From assembly GCA_030141605.1 (NCBI GenBank), contig JAQGDQ010000017.1, positions 1-64,000 on the forward strand: DNA of 64,000 bases, written 5' to 3'. Positions 37,151 to 49,100 of the stretch are shown here, piece by piece. Source of the DNA: Tubiluchus corallicola (lineage: Eukaryota; Animalia; Priapulida). Each line of letters opens with the position of its first letter. Position 1 is the stretch's first letter. The notes under the pieces were generated by a model that saw only the letters and a program-made list of their open reading frames with translations, was not told where the DNA came from and did no database searches. The translations under genes and the position numbers were made by a program.

Positions 37151-40100
37151 ATGAAAGTTACAGTGCCACTATGCAAGCAACATATTCAGCGTGCCTTCAA
37201 AAGGCTTTGGGACATGAGAAAGAATCTGAAAATTGAAAATCCAAAGGTAAACAGCAAAATAATGCTGGTGTTAATTTCATTTGTAAATGTTCATCTTGCT
37301 AACCTACTCCTATTAGCATTTATCTGGACATCAGTAATAAGTGACAATTGAATGCTTTTACAACCAATATGAAATAGTTTTCAATTAATTTCTAATGTCT
37401 AAACCTGCCACTAGATCTTAATTACATGACAAAGTGACATCATTCTCTTGTGAATAGTTTTGAATAGCTGTATTTGTTGTGATGAGCTTATGTTATCCAC
37501 TCTTTTAGAACATCCATGCCTGTTTTTCCAAAAGGGAAGGTTTTCAGGTGCCCTGACTTCTCAAAACTGAGGACCTTATGCCATCATTCAGCTTCTGTTG
37601 TTTGAATTCCATTTAAAGTATAAGAAAACACTCTTCATAAATGAACTTTAAAAATTTGTTTTGGAATTTTACATTACTCATATGCTGTTTTATTACATAC
37701 AAGACTTGTGTTAACAGTAACACTGTATAAAACTTGTAAATCTAAACTACCACATTGAATATTAGGTGCAGTCATTTTAATGGTAAGTCATTTGAAACAA
37801 GTTTAGATGACATTGCGTAAAGGTAAGAATAATCAGAGCATTCGTAGTATGCACACTGTCGATATGATGAATAATGTGTTTTTGCTAAATCAGTGTGGCG
37901 CACCTGGATGGTGACGCATGCCCTTTTACCAAGTGCCATGAATATTTTTAAATGTTTAAGAACTTGCTTTTCTAGTTGCATCAAGTCTTTCAGACAGGTA
38001 AGCATCAGGCTAGTAATATAATTTAGGGATATACTCTAAAATTCCCCTTTCTTCCCTTTTAATCATCTAGGCTGTCAGAGCCACTTGTAGTATTCCTGAC
38101 ATTTTTGGTATGGGTAACTTTGGAAAAATGATGATGGCCCCAAGATCAAAGGTTATTATTAAAATTATTATATTATTATTATTATTATTTATTAAATATA
38201 TCCACAACGATCGTTACAGCATAGCACATAAGAGAATTTAATAATATATTTATTATTATGTGCACAAGATGCCAAGCTGCAAATGACCCGTGGGGTACTC
38301 AAGAAGGAATTACTTGTTCAGAGCACCCCAAATGAATGTGGATTGAGTGTAGTAGAAAAGAGCAGTAGAAATGAAAAGTTAATAGAGAACTATAGAAATG
38401 TAAAATTGACATAGCCAGCAACGCGATAAATTCCGACAGGGACAGCAGCGTAATTAGTCAAATTCATTTATCCTATATAATTAGAAAAGATTTCACTTTT
38501 AAAATTTGTTTTGAAGTTATTTATAGATAAAGAATTTTTTATGTATTTGTTGATGTTATTCCAAAGTCTAGGGCCAGTGTTAGTGACGAAGTGCCTTGCC
38601 GCGTCAGTCCTGCAATACTTAATAAGAAATTCATTAGATCTTGTTGAGTAATGTCTTACGTTAATAGATAATGGGTTTAAAAAGAAAGGGGGTAGAACTT
38701 TATGTTTGGTTTTATAGGTGTAAACAGCGGTATTCAAGTTTATTAGATCATTTGGCACTAGAATAGAATAGTTCTTAAAAAGATTAAGACCTACATGTTC
38801 ACGCTTGTTCAAATTAGCTATCAATCTTATAAACTTATGTTGTTGAGAATTTAGTTTAACTAGAGATGAAGGGTAGGTGTGCTCCCAAAGTATATTACAG
38901 TAGGTCAAGTATTGCAGTACTAAACAATTATAAACCAGATGGTTATCCCGGGACATGTCCAATTATATACCAGACGGTTATCCCAAGACATATCCAGAAC
39001 AGGGGTAAACAGCGAGAATCCTGCACAGCAATGGTAGGCATAGTGGGAAGACAGCTCGATGCAAGAAATTAGAATGGCTTTTCGGGTGTGTGTGTACTGA
39101 CAATCAACATTGGCAAAGCACATTTTGTCCTCTCCCTAAAGAAGGAAAGAGGATCCAGGATGGTAGGCAAAGTGGAAGAATCTGAGTCAGCTCTATTTAT
39201 GGAATTACAGTGAAACTATCACCTGTTGCAAACCCAGCTATGAAGCTATGACAAAACTATTTCATCTCATCATCAACTCCTAGAAAGGGAGGATCCATGA
39301 TTTGAACAATTGCAAATGTAGTGTAGGTTTTTGTCACGCAAAATAAGTAAGAACTTTTAGGCAATGGCATTCAGTGATCCAGAGACAAAGATAAAAATTG
39401 CCAAATGTGGCCAAAAATGCCAGCTGTGGGAAACTTGCTTATGAAATTTAGACATGAAAAACAGTTGTTGTTGTTGTTTGACCAGGGGGCACCGCTTGGA
39501 AGTTAAGTGTTCTTTGCAGACCTTTATGGCCTGTGAGAAGTTGGGCACCATATTTGTGTCAAAAATCCAAATTCTCAAATGGTCAAATGGACCTGCAAAA
39601 TCAGGGAATGCTGTGGTTTAATTGGGAATGCTGTGGTTTAATTGTGTTCTAGTCATTTTGCCAAAACTACAGACTGCACTACAGGCAGCCTTCTTGGTTC
39701 GAGTTCTAATAGCTAGAAACTTTTTCTGTCAGTTAATACTACACATTCCTATAGAGCCCTCAGAGTGTCTATTGAATCACTACAGTTAAATGGTATTGAC
39801 AGGTCCGGCACTGGTGCTGTAAACCAATCTGGGCCGGGTTATCCTATAGGCTAATATAGGCTGTTGTCTAGGGCCTCAAGCCTGAGGGGCCCTGCTAAAA
39901 GATTTTCAAATATTTTTTTGAAGAATGAGTGTAATGTTTTAATATTTTGCATTGCTGAACATTTCATTTAACTTAAAGTAAAATTTCAGTTTAAAAAAGG
40001 AGGCCCACAAATCTGAAAACCCAATTTTAAAAAAGTGGCCCCGTATTTGAAAAAGGGTCCTTGTTTGAGGCCTTTTATTTGAGATAAAGGTCCAAGTTTC

Positions 40101-43100
40101 AGGCCCTAGCTGTAAATCATGGGCCCCAGTCTATGTTTGTTTTATCACCTTTAGAAGATGACTCCATCTGAGGAGGCCTCCTATATTTCGTTAGCTTCGA
40201 GGGTCCCAAAAGGTCATAATATGACCCTGCACATATCTGTAATACATAGGGCTAACCAGTCCAGAATGTCTAATTCTTGAAAGCGTGAGCACAATAGATG
40301 TGTTCAACTGTTGAGTTCAAGTCCTCATCTCATTTCAAGTTTTCAATATCTCGGTTGTTATATTTCATTTAGCCGTTTCAAGCAGTTAAAGCACTTGTTT
40401 TCATGGTGAGCAAATAGCTAAATGAAAAATGTTGTGCCTTACTCACTCACTGAACTGAATACAGTATGCATGGTGTGTCATTATACACTACATTATAAAA
40501 CTTTGCTTAATTTTTTAGCTGTTAGCTGTGAATGTATTTTGCCAGTTGGCTTTATGCTACTTGGGATACAGTGAAACAAAAATAAGACGCATAATTTATT
40601 CGTATAATGTAAAATTTAGATTCAAGTTCTCTTCCACATTTTATAAAAGTTACTTGCATACACCTCATTTGAGACTGAATTTGTAAAAATTATAGCGATT
40701 AAAAATAAAAATAAATTATCAACACACATGAGCAAAATATAATTTTTGAAAATAGTACAACACATAACTTTCAACTGTTACAAATAAGTTAATGAATATA
40801 TTGTCATAGTTTGGCAGTTGACACTATATAGTGAAAGACTTTCGTACTCTTGCTATATCTTTTGCACGTGCATACATTAGTTAGTTTAGCTAACCAAGCG
40901 ATTGTAAGTTCTCTATAAAATAGGCACACTGCATATCCCTGTCCAACTTTTCAACGGCATCCCATACTTTTAAAAATTTTCTATGGATTTCTTCAACTTT
41001 GCTTGCGTCATTATTGTGCTTTGCATACAGTTTTGGTTGCATAGCTGACCAAATCGTATTGGATTCTGGCTCCAAAATTCCATTGTTGGTAGGAATGTTA
41101 CCAGTTTTTAGATGGTTTAGGATACCATAAGCACACAAGTACTTGGCATAAAGTGTAGGGAGCATCTGAAGGTCTGAATGCTTGGCATGTTGTATTATAT
41201 TCACATCTTCCAACATGGGACTAGGCAGGCATCCGTTGCTACAACAACTAACTATATACTCAAACATGCTAATAAGACGCTCTTGAAACTTATCTGCAGT
41301 CCAATCTGCATCATATTTATACTGCTCAATTTCATTTAAAAATGCCACTTTAGAAACATATGAATCTATTAACATATCTGCCATGTATTTCAACTTTATG
41401 TACAAGTCAGTCACACTAATGCCTTCTGCCCTCAGCAAGGCATCAGTAGAGAACACTTCGTCTCGCATTTTTGCTTTTATGCTCGTTATCAGCTGTGCTG
41501 GCGGGACATTTTGCGAGTACAAACGATAGTCCAGGAGAATTTTTGCAAGAATGGCTACCATCTTCCGCTCTTTGCTCAGGCTTTTAATTAACTGTGTTTC
41601 AGCTGCTGCACATGAGATGCACCACAGCAAGTTTGTATCTTTTCTATGAGAACTTGACGGCTTCGGCACTAAGTGAAAATAGTCAAAGCCAGTTGGGTAC
41701 AAACTTGTTGCATTTGGTGGTTTTGTGCAAATTTCTATTGCTGGTGATATGTCGATAGATACGGGTAGCATGCCATATTCCTCTGTTTCAATCTTTAACT
41801 TGAAACAAGTACAAATTTTGTTCCATTGTACTATAGCTGAATTGGTATTTGGGATTATTCCTGGAACTTCTTCCCGAAGTACACTTGCCGCAGCCTGACA
41901 AAGGATCTCAGTAAATGCTTCTTTAACTGTTACTTTTAAGTACCGTTCATTGGTAGCAAAGTCTGACCAGGATGTAAGAACATTTTCTTGAAGTTTAACT
42001 TTGACTGTGCCATTTTCTTGAATCTCGTAGGACTCACAGTTGGCACTAAACACAGTCAATACAAAGAAAAAATCAAATTCATCGGGGAAACCACATTTCA
42101 AGTTGCAGGAGCTACTTCCAATCATTATGCATTCACAAGCAAGTGATTCATCTATTTCTTTGACTTTTTCACATATTCTGGCTGCTAGGTTATGCACTTT
42201 GCTGTGAATTTTCTCTATATCAGATGAATGCTGTAACTTGCCCATGCCCGGCATGTGAAGCAGTTTTTCAAATAAGTTGTGCTTGGTATTGTCTTTCACT
42301 AACTGTCTGATGTTAGTCAGAGATTCATCAGTTACAGGAAGATATTGACTTTCCCAATCAGACAAGTGTTGGCATTGCAGATCTCTGAAATACTGATAAC
42401 TAAGAAAACTGCCTAAAGATTTCCTGTACGGTGTTGTGTCTGCTTTACTGTTTCCCATGTCGAGGCACATGCTATATGCAGTCTGACCGTTCTTATTTTT
42501 CACTGAAGTATCACAGCTTTTTAGCAAGAGATAAAGCACTGTGTTGCTGCGACCGTACTGTGCAGCCCAGTGCAATGGTGTCCTTCCCAAGTGTGAATCT
42601 TGTGCATTAATATCTGCGCCATGACATAGTAACAAGTTCACAGTATCTGTATGACCTTTTCCTGCAGCAAAATGCAGCGGGGTTATATTATTCATGCAAG
42701 ATTTGTTCACCTCTGCACCACCATCTAATAAGATCTTGCATACCTTTGTATGGCCATGCATTGCAGCACGTTGTAGTGTAGTGATTCCAAACTTTGGAGC
42801 ATTAAGATCGATTCCCATGGCCACAAATGCAGACACTTGCAATTCATCACATTCGTCTACTGCTTTAAACAAGTTGTTCAATTCTGTACTGTAGCCATTT
42901 TCGTGTTCTTCAGCGCGATGGAGTTGGAGTGTTTCCGTATTAGGTTCGGATGGTATTCTGCAGATTAAATGCTTCGCACCTTCGCGATGACGATCGTGAT
43001 CTTCTAAAACCAGTTGCAATAACATTTTTCCGTATTTGAAAATCGATTCCTCCTTTGATGGCTAGTCTAGATATTTCTTCCAGCGAAAAGTTTCATTTAT

Positions 43101-46100
43101 TATCTGCAATTCTTGCATTGAACACATTACTTTAAATGCCAAAAAGAGATCTATAACAGCATTAATGTTACGTGTTACTCGATGCTTAATTCAGCTTAGG
43201 CTTCTGTTCACGCAACTCTCAGCGTCTGGTTTTATATATGTAACGTTTCTTGAATGGTCACGTGGTCATGTGGCAATGATGATTCCCGAGAAGCTGAATA
43301 CGTGCATGTACCAACTGACGCGTACGTGTGTGCGAGTCTGGCGCTGCTGCGTTAGCATGAGTCATGTTTCTATGGCTGCTGACCTGTTTAACATAAAATG
43401 ACATAATTCAATAGCTATTTTTGGTTTCTCTTAATTATATTCTTTTCCATTTTCTTGGTCGCTTTATAGATGCAGCTTTGGAAAAAAACTTGTACAGTTA
43501 AGAAATATTTATATAGCTTGCATTATTCAAAGTGTATAAGCTTAAGGAATTTTACAGAACAATTGTGATCGTCAGAATGTTAGCTTCTTCATTAATTATC
43601 TGCAGTTCCTAAGCCGAAATTTTCAATTTTTGCAAAATTAAGACAAAGGAAAATTTCTGTTATTACTGCCACTGTTCTTATATTACTCATGTGAAAAACA
43701 GTGTAGTTAATCGTTAGATAGTTCTATTTATTTAAGAATAATGATTTAATGTCATTAAAAAGTATAGAGTCTTGAAATACTTCATTCACATTATTTCCAT
43801 TCGGTTTTCTAGGCTTGTTAATTATACATGTATATGAAGCAAAAGATGGAAATGCATAATTTTCAACTTTATATTTATTATCGTTTTCTCTTCAGATATC
43901 TATTGTTTAAATAACAAATTGCAGTTCATGTAAAATATGTGCACTTACCGGCTGGCCATGCATTAAATTTTGCTTGTTCGGGCGGCAGTAATCACTAATC
44001 ATTTGTCATATGATGGATGCCTTGTGATCAGTTATCACACAACAACGTCTGTACTCACTTAGAAGTTAGAACTCTACATCCTGTTTGTTTGTAAGCAGCG
44101 GCTCTGTGTGTGTGTGAGAGCAGTGGTGCAAAAAGTTCTAAATTTAGAATAAATACACTAGCGGCAACAAAAAACGTGCAGGCAAGCCTGCCTCTCAACA
44201 GTACTTAGCGCTTCACCTAGCAAATAGACGCACGAGGGCCAGTAATTGAACCGAAACCAAAAATTTTTTGCAACACTATGGCATCATCATCTCCGTCCAC
44301 GCGGGAGTGGGTGGTGTGGGAAAAAAATCTCTGCCATAAATAGTTAAACCTCGAAATTCGAAAGTATGTTTGATTGTTTGCAATGCATTTTGTTATTCAA
44401 AAAAAACATTTCATGTCCAACTATTATGGCAATTATGTTTAGTGCTCATAAGACAGTTTCACTTTGCTTTAGCATCTTAAAAACACCCATTCTTAAAAAC
44501 ACCCAGTCAGAAACTTTTGTATGCTCGTTACGTTCCGATTGCGGTTTTATATTCTCATGTAAACATTTCCTAGGAATGAATTTAATAACAAAATGTACAA
44601 GGCATCTTGCTCTTGCCACACGTTAGCAACTGAAAACTAAGATACTTTTTAAATACTGTGCAATTTTTTTTCCTGTTAGTTTACTAGTTCCACATTGACT
44701 TGAATTTATATTTTTGTTTTCTAGGTTCCAAAAGCTTGGGTAGAGCAAGGAGTGAAAATCGTCGATCCAAATAAAAAACCGGAGAAAAAATTAGAACCTT
44801 TTGTTTTTCATAATTGGAAATTTCGACTTAAACCAAAGGGCCGGGAACACCCGAACTGGCACGACAAACCGGCATATCTTTTCAACACTACTACCAGGAT
44901 TTGTGGAGGTTTGTCGTTGCAGTTGCATCTACACATTTATCTGCTTATCATAGGTTTCTTCCTTCACTGTGACTTTTTTGTGCAAGTGGAAGCTTATTTG
45001 CACTTTTTTACTGCATTTTGTCCAAGAGACATTATAGATTGACTGTGAAGAATGGTTTAAAATGCAAGTCTTTGCGTAACGTCTTGAGTGTACATTGCTT
45101 TCTGTAAAAATGTTCTTCTAAAACTACTGTGCTTTTTTGAACTTTTCATTTTAAGCGGCAGAGTAGCCTGAACTTGCTTGGATTAAACCATTCATTTATG
45201 AAGACATTGTTTTCTTCTCAGCCTTTGCAAATTTTTCTGTGAGATTCCGTTTCATATGTAAAGTTCTGTGCGTCTGCGTAAAGCTGTTTGTATCCATGTA
45301 AAATCATCAGATCATGTGCAAGTTATTTGTACACAAATTTGAAGATTTGTGGAAAAGATTTTGGCAATCAGTTGGTGAATATTTAGTGAGATTGTTGCTA
45401 CTTTATCTTTGTACATATTTTGTACATCATCACAGATGTATTTTATAACTTATCGCTCTCTTTAGTGAAATGAATGGCAATTTGAGGCAATCATACAACC
45501 AAAGATCTGCTGTTTAGTTAATCGGTGTAGTTTGCAGGCATTACTGTACTTTTGAAAGCTGCAGATATACATGTAAAAGCTTTTGAATGAGTGCAGTAAA
45601 ATGGATAGCAATAATTATTTTTTTTTCAGATATTCAAATGGAAGGGGCTGTTGTTTATTTTTATTTGCAATTTATGTGCAATTGTGTAAACAATATAGGC
45701 CCAAATTATTGTTCTTGTAAGACCTTATTTTCTAGGCCTCACGTTGTATAATCTAAGAGCTCTCTCTAAGTTTATTTCATAACCAATTGCACTTTGGTGC
45801 AAAGGCTAATAAAAAAATCTTAATTCCTTGTACTTCAATCGAAAATTAATGCTAACTACTATCAAAAGTGAAACTAATATCAAATATTTTGAGAAATCTT
45901 AATTAAAGGTCCCTTTTAACTGATGTGCATAAACGTCACGATAAAACATTATCAGTTTCTTTTCAAGTCGCTTGTAGAATATTGCGAATACAGAAGTGAT
46001 AGATATAGCTATTTGTAATTATAATTTTCTAAATTCTATATATTATTTCTGTGTTAGGTGGTCCGCAGGCTCAAGTAATAGGCAAAGCTAGTGCCAGGTA

Positions 46101-49100
46101 TCACTTGCCTGAGAGAATACAAGCATTAGTGGGCAAAGAACAAATACCAAATCAAGATGAACTAGTTCAAAACAACATACTACATGCGCTTTTATGGGAT
46201 GCATACATGGAGAAGCTGCCTAAAGAACCTGATTTTAGCAAGCTAGGAGTGCCATCTTCAAAATATTATGTTCCACCAACATTTGGCATACCAGCAGCAA
46301 GAAAGACGTAAGTAAAGTCAGTATTTTAGATCAATATGTTTGAAGATATGTTGTGTTTTCTGATTTTGCGTTGCATATTAATAGTCATTGATACAATTGC
46401 TTCAATAAATGACTGCCATATTCCAACTCAACTTTTGTAGTCTTTTACACGTCAGTTCTATTAAAAAATAAAAAAGCCATTTTACAATTTTGCACCTAAC
46501 CAAAAACTGCTATCAGTATAACTACGATAGTTTGACAAATTAAACCACTTTATATGAAGTGAAAAACCTAAATTTAATGTGCTGTTCTCTATATCAATAA
46601 TACTTCACGTACTTCTATACTCAATAATACATATAGATAATACCACTTTACAAAGACAGTAATAAATTGTCTATTATAATTTGTCATTCTTGACATTGTT
46701 AATTTTGCAGTTATAAAATCTACTGAACATAAGATGTAGTTATAAATCATTCTAATTTAACAATTTAACAATTATCGAATTGAGCAGAATTGGCATTAAG
46801 TAATTTAAAGTGCACGAAATTATTAGTTTATAACAATCCAAAATAACATAAATGTTATGTATTTACTTATATCATATGTGTTCATCAAGCAGATTTAGTA
46901 TTTATCTATGTATCTAACAAAATACAACGTCATACTGTGAAACTGTTTTTATCATTACATTACATCTGCAAACCGTAATCTGCAAATCAGATAAGCACAG
47001 GATTGCAGTCACCTACAAATGCTTTTTTCCTACAACTATTAGCCTGTTTGCAGCTAGTGTTTCTTTATCTAACATTTTTTTTCATCAGTACCTAATGTAA
47101 CTTAATAGGAATAACCTTTTTTTTTCTAACAAAATATTGTATGTGATTTTGATTTTGTTTCAATTTCAGAACATCTTTAAATACTAACATTTAAACCTAC
47201 TCGAAATGTAATGCAACTTCTTCATTGTAATGGCTTCTTCATTGTTTACCAAGTTTGCAGCACATAATATGTTAAGTTTTTCAGCTTCAATTTTCCAAAT
47301 ACATCCCATGCCTTATATTTCAGTTATTTTTCGTAATTTTTTTAGCAAGCTTTAGCTGCGCTTTTGTTCCAGGATGCTGCTGTTAAGTAATTTAGTAAGA
47401 CTTGCTAGTACCATTGAAGGTAAATATCCAGAAATGGTGAATGATCGGTACCTCGTCCGAAATGCAGTTTTATCCTGTCCGTTCGAGAAAGGTATAGCAA
47501 TTATTTGTGTTTATCAAATAATGTAGAAGTAAAATTGTAAAATCACATTGTTTGACTGAAGACCTCTTCATTGCTGATAATAATTTGGCATGCCTGGCTA
47601 CCTGACTTGGTCAATGTGTTGGATTTAAATCAGTGTTGTTATCTCAGTACCTTTCCTTTTTTATTTTCTTTGCTTTACCTTTTTCCTTTTCTCTTCTCTT
47701 TTCTCTTCTCTTCTCTTCTCTTCTCTTCTCTTCTCTCCTCTCCTGTCTTCTCTGCTTTCTCTCTTCCATTCTTTTCCTTCTATTTCATTCTTCTCTCATT
47801 ACCTTATCATGCTCTTCCCTTCTCTTTTCTTGGTTTTGTAATAATTTCTAGATTCTTGTTTCCTGATGGTGAAAAGATATACACTTCTGGAAAATCTGTT
47901 GAGTCTGCAAACTGTGTAGATTCATGGGCTACTTTATTATTCTTAATTTGCTAATTTGCAGTAACAACGCACTTCACATAAAGTAACATGGGTAATGCAT
48001 GTAACATTTTAATGCCATTTCATTTTTTTCTGTCACTGTTAAAGTATTTTTTTTTAATTCTTCACGCTTCATTTTGTTTAGAGGGACATCTACTTCAGAT
48101 ACATGGCACTGCAAATACATTGATCACTAGTAAGAAGCCACTAATGCCATTTGCAACACCGGAGGAGGTAGCTGATACTGTCAGTGAAAAGTTACCAAAC
48201 ATTCATCCACTTCACTGGACGATAGATTTTCACAAAGAAAATATTTATGATTTAAAAGAATCGTGGGGTAAGAATTTCTGTATAGAAACAAAGGTTGAGG
48301 TTTCGCAAGAAAATTGTGGATGATAAATTTGATGGAATTTCAGAGTGATTTGTCATTAATCAATCATTGCATTAAACAAGGGACGAAGGAAAAAGAGTTA
48401 AATTTGTAACATGGAGTTGCATGCAAAGTTAGGAGCTAGCAAGCATCAGGTCAGAGTTTGAAGTAAGGAAAATTGTTAAAAAAATTTACTGTGTATAAAG
48501 CATCATACTACATTTCTGAAGCTTGAGAACTTTTGTACGTTTGGTAGCATTAAATAATACATTCATATATCATTTCAGAATTCTTGCTTTGTGATTACTG
48601 ACTAGTGCACTAGTAACTTAAAGTTACTATTACATAATTGCATAAAGCACTGACATTGTTGTTAGATTGATGTGTATGTTAATCTATTTACGGAGATTCG
48701 GCCCCGAAGGCGAAGGCAAGATAACTGGCACTCTATAGGTTCTTCTTCTTTATCTATGAAGTTACAGCATCTTAATATGTGCATTTTGTGACAGCAGCAG
48801 TGTAGGAATGGCAGACTTGGAAACTTATTTACATTTAAATGGAAACCAGCTGTTACCACGTAATTGAATTCATAATAATTAATTTGAATTTATAAATTCG
48901 AACTGTTGTAGAAAAAATTTGCAAATTTATAATTCACTTCAAGAACTTTTACATTCTTACTTTCAGGATTGGGTAATTATGAATTGTACCCGTACCCTCA
49001 CACCATGTACATTGGGCAAAATCGTTGGTGGTATTTTGAAGATCAGGCGAAAGCCATGGCCCTGCTCAACTGCCTAAGTCACTGTATTAACCTTGCACGA

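Noticed and set aside
38468-38962. 164-aa ORF as a host gene partnered with the cGLR
   Set aside because: Its motifs are those of a LINE ORF2 C-terminus with an (AAT)n tail.
40890-43025. Bacterial CBASS CD-NTase or horizontal transfer as the origin of the intronless NTase
   Set aside because: It has animal Mab-21 C-lobe motifs and the PDEFD signature, no neighbouring cap effector genes, and sits in continuous eukaryotic intron sequence.
47571-47954. Hydrophobic 127-aa ORF
   Set aside because: Artefact of the (CTCTT)n pyrimidine tract.
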